A stretch of DNA of 63,970 nucleotides, the filler included. It is 9 parts of 9 records of this genome, joined end to end, with 100 filler letters (N's around TTAATTAATTAA, not from the genome) between each part and the next. Parts side by side here need not be neighbours in the genome. Positions count along the whole stretch, not along the records: positions 1 to 14,095 come from SRR31147125_56031; positions 14,196 to 19,762 come from SRR31147125_56048; 7 more parts are not named here. The stretch is one strand, 5' to 3'. The stretch's first letter is position 1, and every line of letters begins with the position of its first letter. The position numbers were made by a program, and so were the translations under genes. Below the pieces are notes generated by a model, which worked only from the letters and a program-made list of their open reading frames with translations, had not been told where the DNA came from and ran no database searches. This document shows, piece by piece, positions 8,475-17,191 of this stretch.

Positions 8475-9856
8475 AAAGTGACTCAGCCAGTATGAATTCC
8501 TTTTGTTTTTCTCCCGATGGTCACCAAATCGCTGCTGCTACGTATAACCACACCCTGCGAGTGATCCCAATGGCAGCCCTTGAATGTGATCGGTCAGAGT
8601 CTGATTCGAATAGCCTGGATAAAATGTACGGCGTCTCACCTGATGGTAAGTACCTGTTATGTGAACAAGAAGGGCGCCTCAATGTCTGTTCTCCGGAAAA
8701 CGGGAGTTTGATTCGTGAGTGGGCTGGAAGGATGAAAGATGTCGCAACATACAATTGGTCTCCTGATGGCAGTCAAGTAATCCTGGGCTCAGGTGAGGGA
8801 GACGAAGGGTTTAAAATTTTTGACAATGGGTCAGGATATGAAGTGAGCCAATTTGCTATCCCTAAATCTGACACAGAGGATGATCCTGACGTAGAGATGT
8901 CCCAGCGAGTCTGGGCAGGTTTGCGCCGAAAAGCACAATTTTGCCACTATTCCCCTGATGGCAGCGATCTGCTTCTTGCATTCTGGGAGCCGTTCCTGCG
9001 GATAGTGGAATGTCGTACCGGAAAACAGCGAATGCTCTTGGAAGGTTTACCGGGAGGCCTCCTGGGAAATAACCGATCATGTTGTTACTCCCCTGATGGC
9101 AGGCGGGTAGTCGCCGGTTGCCAGGCAGACAAACTCTTTGTCTGGGATGCAGATACTGGAACGGTAATAACTGAGCGAGAAACCAGCCAGTCTCAATGCC
9201 GTTATTCACCAGATGGTCGTACGATGGCAACTATCTCCCATGATGGCGGGTCAAAACCCTGGTCCGTCAAGGTTTGGAACATGCGGACATATACAGTGTC
9301 CCACACTCTATATGAATCTTCAGCGAGACTCACGGATTGTATGTTTACCCCGGATGCCCAGTGTATAGTAGCCTATGGAGATGACAATATAGTGAGAATG
9401 TGGGAGGTTGTGACAGGGAAACTGATTGGTCTCTATGTTGCCAGAAACAAATTGAATAATGTGATTGTAATCAAGGGGGGCCTGGAGGTCGTTTTGCATA
9501 GCGATAGAGATGGACTGGTGCTTCTGGATCTATGCAACCTTGAACCTGATGCATTGTTCGTAACTGCAACTCGCCTTTTTTCACCACTACTTGGAACCTG
9601 GGACCTAGAGGTTACTGGCCGCTGTCAGTGGTGTGGAAATTTGTTTCCAGTTCCTGACTATATTCTAGAATGTATCCAATCTCTAACCAACCATCTACAA
9701 GACGGCCAGTCTCCATGCGAAGCTTTACCTGATAGCGCCTGGGAAGATCCTTCCCTCAAGACGAATTGTCCTCATTGCAAACATCCGTTACGCTTTAATC
9801 CTTTTAAGGTCGACAAGGATGACAATATAGTATCAGAGTTTGGAACTCTTCATTGA
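8435..9856 (+). CDS. WD40 repeats plus C-terminal Zn ribbon; C-terminal part of the frameshifted STAND protein
   Basis: Six xSPDG motifs plus FTPDA; CQWC...CPHC. Continuous with the upstream ORF after a +1 C repair (fused ~1604 aa, 5043-9856). Confidence 0.85.
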   Translation: MWSADSLLFLGTLKSDSASMNSFCFSPDGHQIAAATYNHTLRVIPMAALECDRSESDSNSLDKMYGVSPDGKYLLCEQEGRLNVCSPENGSLIREWAGRMKDVATYNWSPDGSQVILGSGEGDEGFKIFDNGSGYEVSQFAIPKSDTEDDPDVEMSQRVWAGLRRKAQFCHYSPDGSDLLLAFWEPFLRIVECRTGKQRMLLEGLPGGLLGNNRSCCYSPDGRRVVAGCQADKLFVWDADTGTVITERETSQSQCRYSPDGRTMATISHDGGSKPWSVKVWNMRTYTVSHTLYESSARLTDCMFTPDAQCIVAYGDDNIVRMWEVVTGKLIGLYVARNKLNNVIVIKGGLEVVLHSDRDGLVLLDLCNLEPDALFVTATRLFSPLLGTWDLEVTGRCQWCGNLFPVPDYILECIQSLTNHLQDGQSPCEALPDSAWEDPSLKTNCPHCKHPLRFNPFKVDKDDNIVSEFGTLH

Positions 9857-10320
9857 TCCTTAACCCCAGAGCTGAAAGAAACTCCCCGACTATGTCGTCA
9901 GCCACTGTACAATTATACCCCACCCCTGCTGTCCGGGCATTAATAGGGAACAAGGCGGGCCAGATACTTCTCTTGAAGCGTGCAAACACTGAATATGGCA
10001 ATAACCTCTGGTGCCTGCCCGGAGGGAAAGTTGATGTTGGGCAGACGGTTGAAGAAGCCCTTGAGAATGAGCTCTCGGAGGAACTGTCAGTCAGGCTTGT
10101 TTCGGCCCGGTTTTTCTTCTACCAGGATAGCCTGCCCATGGAACCGGGTGGGCTTCATTTCATTAATTTCTATTTCCACTGCGAAGTAGAAGGTGAACCG
10201 GTCATTAATGAAGAGTCTTCGGATTTTGCGTGGGTTGGGTCTGAAGAACTGAGTGACTATAAAATTACATTCAGAAACGACGAGGCCATTCACCGTCATT
10301 TTGTCCCAAACCTTACCTGA
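9853..10320 (+). CDS. Nudix hydrolase
   Basis: ILLLKR...WCLPGGKVDVGQTVEEALENELSEELSV (variant Nudix box). TTG start overlaps the upstream stop; ATG 9892 is an alternative start. Confidence 0.88.
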   Translation: MILNPRAERNSPTMSSATVQLYPTPAVRALIGNKAGQILLLKRANTEYGNNLWCLPGGKVDVGQTVEEALENELSEELSVRLVSARFFFYQDSLPMEPGGLHFINFYFHCEVEGEPVINEESSDFAWVGSEELSDYKITFRNDEAIHRHFVPNLT

Positions 10321-10343
10321 ATAGTGTCTTATAAGAGGATACA

Positions 10344-12962
10344 ATGGATAGCAATAATACTGCTTATTTAAAGGATATGGTTACTGAGCAGGTCCGTATA
10401 TTCACTCAGAACCGTGCCGGTTTTAAGGAATTACAAAATGTTATTATCGGCACCCTGCAAAATAAAGCAGGCGGGTTGCCGGGGGCTCCTCTTATCCATG
10501 GCCGGGTAAAGCAGATAGATAGCTTTGCAGAGAAGTGCATTCGCAAATGCGAAAAGTATGCAAAACCCGCCTGGCAGCTGACTGATCTGTGCGGAGTCCG
10601 GGTGGTGGTCAACTCCCTGGACGCCATTCCCGCTGTCCGCAAATGTATCGAAGATACGTTTCTGATTCTTGAAGACGAAGATACTTCCGTGCGGTTGGGA
10701 GATATGGAATTCGGTTATCAGTCCATTCATTATATCGTCGCACTCGATCCCGACAAAAGCAGTCACTACTCAACAACCGGCACACGTATTCCCAAGAAGT
10801 TGTTTGCTGCACGCACCGGCAGTCAGGCCCTGAAGGAATCACTTCCTGCCGGACCCAGGTTCAAGGCGGAAGTCCAGGTGCGGTCACTCCTGCAGCATGC
10901 CTGGTCGGATGCGGTTCACGATAATCTCTATAAAACCGAGATGAAAAACAAGCCACAGCATCTGCTGAGGGAGTCAGCATTGGTGGCAGCTCTCCTCGAG
11001 GAAGCGGACAAATCGATTGTTACCTTGAAGGGAGGGGCGGATCAATACCGGTCATATTACGGCGCGTACATGACTCCCGGGGAAATGGAACAAGAGATAG
11101 CAATACAGAGAATTATTCTGGCACATAACCCCGGAAATAGAAATGCCGCGCTGAAGATCGCTCGGCTGTCTGATTGCCTGGGATCGGAGGCGGATACCAA
11201 GAGCGTGGAAAAAGATCTGGCCCCGTTTGAAAAATCCGGGGATGCAGCAATACTCAGGGAATTGGGGATGGTTCGTCTGAGGAATGGGAAAAAGGTGACG
11301 GGAAGAAAGAATATTGAAAAATCGACAGAGATGCACCCTGAAGACCCGGACACATGGTGCGAGCTCGGCCTGGCCTATTTCCAGGCAAAGGACTACAGCC
11401 GGGCACTTACATACTATCAGAAGGCATTTGAGGTCGATCCTGACTACCCGAGAGCCCTGATGCGTTTTATCGAGTGCAAAATCCTCGACGGCAGTGACGG
11501 GACCCTTGAGTTTCTGCCGCTTATCAAACAAAATCTCGAACGCGCAATGGATATTTCATACCGGAGAATCGCTGCGGGAGTTCATATGCCTCATGCCTGG
11601 TACGATATAGGATTCTTCGCATTGCTCCTCGACAGGGTAGACGAGAGTCTTGAAGCCTACGGCAAGGCAATTTTGAGCACTCTGTCGGGTGCTACGGTTG
11701 AAGGCGTATATAATTCGCTTACCTCTATTCATCGGAAAATTCGCCAGAAGAATATCGCGCTTAACGAGGGCATAAGGCTTGTCAGGTCATATCTGTGCGT
11801 TGTGCTTGTTGGCAGATTCAACAGGAAGCCCCATGCCTATCTGACGAAATGCGATGCCGAGCTCGATGGGTTCAGCACATTGTCACCTTGTACGCGAGAT
11901 AAAAAAAGATCGACCTATAAAAAGGGAAGGCCGATAGTCATTGTCGCCGGCTCATGCTCCCATGCGTCCGAAAATGTCCTGAGCGGATACACTGAGATTC
12001 TCGAAGAGGTCTTTGCCGGGTTTAACGGAATCATCTGCTGTGGTGGGACCGATGCCGGGATATCACGCATCATCGGCAATCTTGGTGGATTGGGTGGTCA
12101 GGCTGTCAGGTTGGGATATTTGCCCCAAAATGAAATCTGTATGGAAGGATATGAGTGTATCCATACCTCATCCGGCTCTTTCAGCGTCTATGAACCGATT
12201 ATGATGTGGAGTGACCTGCTCGTCAGCGGTATTGCCCCCAACTCCATACGGGTTATGGGAATTGGCGGAGGAAGGGTGGCTGCGATGGAATATCAGCTGG
12301 CCCTGTTGCTGGGGGCTCAAGTTGGGATTCTTGCCGACAGCGGACGGGCGAGCAATAAAATACTTGATGATGGCGACTGGATTTCGATATCTGCGGTGCC
12401 GGCTCATTCCGACGTACCACGGAAACAGCTGCTGAGCCTGCCGGCGGATATTGAGACACTTCGTTCATTCATCTACCCGCCGTTTCAGTCAAAACTTATC
12501 GACGAAGCTGATCGGGAAGCGATTGCAGAAGGGATGCACGAGAAATATACCGGCCAGATGAAGAAAGAAGTAGCCGATAAATTGCAAAATCTTGCGCCAT
12601 GGGAGGAGCTCAACAATACGTTCAAATCATCCAATTACGGATTCGTTGATCACGTCGATCAAAAGCTTGCGCGATTAGATCTTACCTTGCAAAAAGTTTC
12701 TGATACGAAGATCAGGCTTTATACATTTTCAGAAACCGAGATAAGAAAACTGGCGGAGATGGAACATGGCCGTTGGGTAAATGAGCGCCTTGAAGATGGC
12801 TGGAGGCTGGGGGAGCGTGACGACCAGAGGCGGACCCGGCCACAACTGATATCCTGGAAAGATCTTGACGACAATGAAAGAAAGAAGGATGTCAGAGCGG
12901 TAAAGGCGCTTCCGGAAATTCTCGCTGCAAAGGGGTATGAAATCGTACCGATAAAAAAGTGA
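10344..12962 (+). CDS. RelA/SpoT-type alarmone synthetase domain fused to TPR, SLOG-like and RyR domains
   Basis: GRVKQIDSFAEK, DLCGVRV, GYQSIHY, EVQVRSLLQHAW...HDNLYK (synthetase); TPR PDTWCELGLAYFQAKDYSRALTYYQKAFEVDP; SLOG-like IVIVAG..CCGGTDAGI..GIGGGRVAAMEY; RyR LAEMEHGRWVNERLEDGWRLG..LISWKDL..ERKKD. AAGAGGA RBS. Confidence 0.85.
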   Translation: MDSNNTAYLKDMVTEQVRIFTQNRAGFKELQNVIIGTLQNKAGGLPGAPLIHGRVKQIDSFAEKCIRKCEKYAKPAWQLTDLCGVRVVVNSLDAIPAVRKCIEDTFLILEDEDTSVRLGDMEFGYQSIHYIVALDPDKSSHYSTTGTRIPKKLFAARTGSQALKESLPAGPRFKAEVQVRSLLQHAWSDAVHDNLYKTEMKNKPQHLLRESALVAALLEEADKSIVTLKGGADQYRSYYGAYMTPGEMEQEIAIQRIILAHNPGNRNAALKIARLSDCLGSEADTKSVEKDLAPFEKSGDAAILRELGMVRLRNGKKVTGRKNIEKSTEMHPEDPDTWCELGLAYFQAKDYSRALTYYQKAFEVDPDYPRALMRFIECKILDGSDGTLEFLPLIKQNLERAMDISYRRIAAGVHMPHAWYDIGFFALLLDRVDESLEAYGKAILSTLSGATVEGVYNSLTSIHRKIRQKNIALNEGIRLVRSYLCVVLVGRFNRKPHAYLTKCDAELDGFSTLSPCTRDKKRSTYKKGRPIVIVAGSCSHASENVLSGYTEILEEVFAGFNGIICCGGTDAGISRIIGNLGGLGGQAVRLGYLPQNEICMEGYECIHTSSGSFSVYEPIMMWSDLLVSGIAPNSIRVMGIGGGRVAAMEYQLALLLGAQVGILADSGRASNKILDDGDWISISAVPAHSDVPRKQLLSLPADIETLRSFIYPPFQSKLIDEADREAIAEGMHEKYTGQMKKEVADKLQNLAPWEELNNTFKSSNYGFVDHVDQKLARLDLTLQKVSDTKIRLYTFSETEIRKLAEMEHGRWVNERLEDGWRLGERDDQRRTRPQLISWKDLDDNERKKDVRAVKALPEILAAKGYEIVPIKK

Positions 12963-12972
12963 TATGAAAGAA

Positions 12973-13018
12973 GGTGATCTGACAAAAAACGCCACCGGCA
13001 GTTGTTTGTCAGATCACC
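12973..13018. terminator. Inverted repeat between convergent genes; probable terminator
   Basis: GGTGATCTGACAAA (12973-12986) pairs perfectly with TTTGTCAGATCACC (13005-13018). Confidence 0.6.
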
Positions 13019-13053
13019 AGTGACCGAATATCGACCCGATCGAGCTGCATCCG

Positions 13054-14085
13054 TCAAACCGCCTCATCTCGCAGCAGCAACTCACTCATTACTGCCTTCC
13101 GCACATCCTCCGCCAGGCGATCCTTGATCACATGGTAGAAGTCGCTGTACGGGACCAGGTGTTTCTGGCACAGCGCCAATTCGTGGGACAGATAGGTTAT
13201 TGCGTAGTATTGTCTGTGGTCATCATCGCAGTGGATCAGATAATCGATGATCTGGTGTCTTCGCAAAATTCCTATATAGAGTGTGTCGAGCTTCTTGAAA
13301 TCTGAGGCATCCTGGTCCTGCCGATTTCGACTCAGGTTGGCGAGCACCATCTTGTTGAGCGCCTCTCCGTTCGGTGAGAAAAGACCGGTGGCGATATAGG
13401 CATCTGTGCCGTCCGAATCGAAATAGACGCATTCGACCTGGTTATAGGAGATATGGATGTTTCTCTTTATCGCCAGTGCCACATCCGGGTGTGTGATTAT
13501 CCTGTTGAGCTTCTCCAGAAACTCCTTTTCAACCGGTGAAATGCTGCGGGTTCCGAGAAGCCTGGTTTGTGGGGTGAGCGATTGTTCGCTGACGATGCGT
13601 CTTTTGACGAGGTCCTTGATTTTTTCCTGATCTCCCTGGATCGTGTCCAGGTTGACGACATCTTCAAAAATGGACAGAAACAGGTCGTCGTAAAATTGCG
13701 GTGCGCCGTTGTTGATGCGGCATTTCTGCGGCAATACAATGAAGTCATGCTTGAACCGGCCCCCTACCCAGCGCAGGTTTTTCCGGTCGGGTGAGAAATA
13801 CAGAGGGAGTCCTTCCGTTAATTCAGTGACAAGATCCCGCAGCGAATAACGCGTGGTCTTACCGTTGAGCCGATATACTTTTGCGTCTGCCAGCTTTTTC
13901 AACACGAAGTCATTTTTTCCGACTGCATGGGACGGTTGTTTCAGGTAGGCTGCGAGTTGTTTGCGGAGGATGTATTGATTGGCGAGGATCTTTTCGTCGT
14001 CATCTTCTTCGTCGAGCTCTTTACTCAGTTCGATCATCAGCACATCCGCCAGTACCCGCACCATTTTGGAGTAGTTGTGGTCCAT
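13054..14085 (-). CDS. Hypothetical protein (343 aa), possibly 5'-truncated by the contig end
   Basis: Long open frame with globular composition and no motif recognised. Frame stays open to the contig end 10 nt upstream. Confidence 0.65.
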   Translation of the reverse strand: MDHNYSKMVRVLADVLMIELSKELDEEDDDEKILANQYILRKQLAAYLKQPSHAVGKNDFVLKKLADAKVYRLNGKTTRYSLRDLVTELTEGLPLYFSPDRKNLRWVGGRFKHDFIVLPQKCRINNGAPQFYDDLFLSIFEDVVNLDTIQGDQEKIKDLVKRRIVSEQSLTPQTRLLGTRSISPVEKEFLEKLNRIITHPDVALAIKRNIHISYNQVECVYFDSDGTDAYIATGLFSPNGEALNKMVLANLSRNRQDQDASDFKKLDTLYIGILRRHQIIDYLIHCDDDHRQYYAITYLSHELALCQKHLVPYSDFYHVIKDRLAEDVRKAVMSELLLRDEAV

Positions 14086-14095
14086 ACGGAAGGAA

Positions 14096-14195
14096 NNNNN
14101 NNNNNNNNNNNNNNNNNNNNNNNNNNNNNNNNNNNNNNNTTAATTAATTAANNNNNNNNNNNNNNNNNNNNNNNNNNNNNNNNNNNNNNNNNNNN
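14096..14195. other. Artificial contig spacer
   Basis: N44-TTAATTAATTAA-N44; stop codons in all six frames. Confidence 0.98.
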
Positions 14196-14837
14196 CGTTT
14201 CGCATCCAGTCCTTTTGCAGCTTGCTGTTGTCCTGCGGATCCTGCATGTCCAAAATCACAAATTTTTCATTATTTAAAAATTCCGGGCTGATTTTACCCA
14301 CATCGGCCAATGGATGGTTTTTATGGACGACGGCACAGGAGGGGCTCGAATCTAAAAGCAGCAGGCTGATATCATCACGATCCTGATACGGATACGGTGA
14401 CGAAAAAACGATATCAATCAGGTCATTGCTGAGTGCTTTGAAAAGCGCCTTGTTACTGTCCTGTCGGATCGACAATTCTATGTTTGGATACGCACGTCGG
14501 AATTTAGACAGAATACGGGGCATTATGATCGGTTCGTAAGGGCCCCAGTATCCGATTCGAAGGACACCGTCCATGCCTGAAGATGTGCGTTGAATTTTTT
14601 GACAGCCTCGTCAAATTTGGCAACAATGATAATTGCCTCATCATAGAATATGCGACCGGCCGGTGTGAGCCTGACGCTGCGGTTATTGCGGTCAAAAAGC
14701 TTCGTGCCCAGCTCTTTTTCCATGGTACCAATAATTTGGCTCATGGATGGCTGGGCGATATGGTGTTCCTGCGCGGCTTTCGTAAAATTTAGGAATTTTG
14801 CAACGCTGAGGAAATATTTCAAATGTTGAATATCCAT
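14196..14837 (-). CDS. LysR-family regulator (frameshifted, 3'-partial)
   Basis: MDIQHLKYFLSVAKFLNFTKAAQEHHIAQPSMSQII HTH. One extra base in the T6 run at 14595-14600 joins it to GVLRIGYWG (substrate-binding domain). Confidence 0.88.
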
Positions 14838-14956
14838 AGCTGTCACCAGTCCAGTTAACTCAATTATTGGATTTACCTATCGGATTTTTCGTTTAAAAAA
14901 GCTGATATTTATAATATTATCTCGAAATTTTATAAATATTATAATATAATATGCGC

Positions 14957-14981
14957 ATATAATAGGTAAAACCTATTATAT
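14957..14981. promoter_or_regulatory. LysR-type binding site (T-N11-A palindrome)
   Basis: ATATAATAGGT-AAA-ACCTATTATAT, perfect 11-bp arms, in the divergent lysR/dehydrogenase intergenic region. Confidence 0.7.
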
Positions 14982-15079
14982 CAAATAAATTTTGTATTTT
15001 ACAGAACTTTTTGATGGGTATAAACTAAAAAAGTTAAGCCACGTATTTATTTTTATAATGAGGAGAAGGAGGGAACATA

Positions 15080-16190
15080 ATGGCTGATATTCCTAAAAAG
15101 TGTAAGGCTGCGGTTTTGTCCGAATATGGGAAACCTCTTGAAATACGCGAGGTTCCAATACCCCCGGTGGAAGATGGAGCGATATTGGTAAAAGTTGAAC
15201 TGGCGGGCATTTGCGGCTCCGACATACATATAGCAAGCGGTAATCTGGGCATCAAAGCACCGATGCCGTTTATCATGGGGCATGAGACAATCGGGCGTAT
15301 CGTCAAGCTGGGTAAAGGACGCGTACACGACGCGGCGGGCGAAGCACTTAGAATCGGTGACCGTATCATGTGGGCGCATGCCGACTGTTATGACTGCTAT
15401 TACTGCAACATCCTGCGCAAGCCGATGCTTTGCGAGCACCGGCGCGGGTATGGCATGTCGCCGCTGAATATGCTGATGGGTGGATTTTCGGAATATGAAT
15501 ATGTTATTCCCGTCACGAAAGTCGTCAAAATCCCCAGTGAGCTGACGGAGGAAGAATCCATCGGTGTGGCCTGCGCATTTCGAAGTGTCGTCGCCGCGTT
15601 TGAAAAGCTGAATGGCATCGGGCTGGCCGATAGTGTCGTCATCCAGGGCGCGGGGCCGATCGGCCTGTACTCGACTGTGCTGGCACGAGAGTCCGGCGCA
15701 GGACAAATCATTGTCGTCGGCGCGCCGTCAGAGCGGCTGGAGCTGGCTAAAAAATGGGGCGCAGACACGGTCATTAATATTGATGAGGTAAAAGATCCGC
15801 TCGAGCGCAAGGCGCAGATACTTCAAATGACGAAGAACAGAGGCCCGGAACTGGTCGTGGAATGTTCCGGCTATCCATGCGGCCTTCAATGAAGGCGTCG
15901 ACATGGTGCAAAAGGGTGGACGGTATCTGATCGTCGGGCAGACATCTCCGTCGCAGATCACGTTCAACCCGTATACGATCCTGCAGAAGAATATGCAGAT
16001 CATCGGCAGCGGCGGCGCGATCATCCACCATTTCTATAAGGCGCTGGAATTCATCAAACACAATAAAAATAAATATCCGTTTGGTGACATCGTCAGCAGG
16101 AAATACCAGCTGGAGGATATCAACGAGGCGCTGAGCAATATGAAGTCCGGCAAAGAGATCAAACCGGCCATCGACAACAGGGGACGGTGA
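15080..16190 (+). CDS. Zn-dependent alcohol dehydrogenase (MDR family), frameshifted near 15875
   Basis: GICGSD, GHE, CYDCYYC..C and GAGPIG motifs. The alternative frame AAFNEGVDMV continues into ORF 15903..16190. Confidence 0.88.
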
Positions 16191-16285
16191 AAGGGCTGAG
16201 AAAAGACAGCCGGGTCACTTAGAGCTGGTAAACAAAACCATCCGAGCTGTAAGAAGAAAAGAAAAAATGGTATGGAGGTTCGCAC

Positions 16286-17140
16286 ATGAAAATTCTGTAT
16301 GTCAACATCCCGACAGGGACGGAGAGCAGCGAATTTGGCGATTTTGCAAAAAAAGCGTATATACCTCTGACGAGAAAGAATATGGAGCTTGTCAAGTCTC
16401 CTGAAACAGAAATCGTTTTCCGTTTCAGCGAGTGGGGCATGGGACCGATCGATATGGCGTTTTACCGTTATATCGACCATCTGGCCTCCCGCATGGTGTA
16501 TTACAGCGCCCGGAACGCCAAAGAGGAAGGGTTTGACGCCGTTGTGGTCAACTGTTTTGGTGACCCGATGCTCTGGGAGCTGCGCCAGGCACTTGATATC
16601 CCGGTCGTCGGGATCGGCGAATCGTCTATGCTCACAGCTACACTGATGGGACATAAATTTGGTATCGTCCATATATCACCGTATAATATACCGGAAACGG
16701 ATGAGCATTTGGCCAAATACGGCCTTAAAGACCGTTGTGTCGGACAGCGGCCGATTGACAGCTGGAATGCCGGACTGGAGGAAGGCTTAACGGATTCAAA
16801 ACAGACGGTGGAAGCCTTCATTTCATCAGCCCGTAAGCTGATCGACGACGGTGCGGAGGTCATCATCCCCGGCTGCTCACTTATGTCGCCGACGATGCGC
16901 TTAACGCCGGGTGCGGAAAACCTGTATCCGAACGGACTGACCGAGGTTGACGGTGTCCCGGTGGTCGACGCAGTGAGCGCTACACTGAAAACGGCGGAAA
17001 CGATGGCGAGCTTATACCGTGCCGGTTCCGGCTGGGTCAGCCGCAAGCTGCTTTTTGCCCAGCCGCCGCAGCACGTGAAGGACGTGGCGATGGCCGTCAC
17101 CGAGAATTTTAATTTCAAATTCTGGGACATAAAATATTGA
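16286..17140 (+). CDS. Asp/Glu/hydantoin racemase family protein
   Basis: Paired catalytic Cys motifs VVVNCFGDP and IIPGCS; DIPVVGIGESS; VPVVD. Confidence 0.85.
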   Translation: MKILYVNIPTGTESSEFGDFAKKAYIPLTRKNMELVKSPETEIVFRFSEWGMGPIDMAFYRYIDHLASRMVYYSARNAKEEGFDAVVVNCFGDPMLWELRQALDIPVVGIGESSMLTATLMGHKFGIVHISPYNIPETDEHLAKYGLKDRCVGQRPIDSWNAGLEEGLTDSKQTVEAFISSARKLIDDGAEVIIPGCSLMSPTMRLTPGAENLYPNGLTEVDGVPVVDAVSATLKTAETMASLYRAGSGWVSRKLLFAQPPQHVKDVAMAVTENFNFKFWDIKY

Positions 17141-17191
17141 GTATTTGCTTCAGCGTATATCAGTTCAAATGCAAAAAAGGGAGTTAGCTGT

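Noticed and set aside
7670-9420. WD40 region as a DNA tandem-repeat or diversifying array
   Set aside because: The repeats are highly diverged at nucleotide level, with no near-identical units as in HET-type hypervariable NLRs, and no reverse transcriptase or template repeat is present.
10344-10940. Housekeeping relA/spoT
   Set aside because: No N-terminal HD hydrolase and no TGS/ACT domains; the architecture and context are those of an accessory synthetase, so no gene symbol is given.
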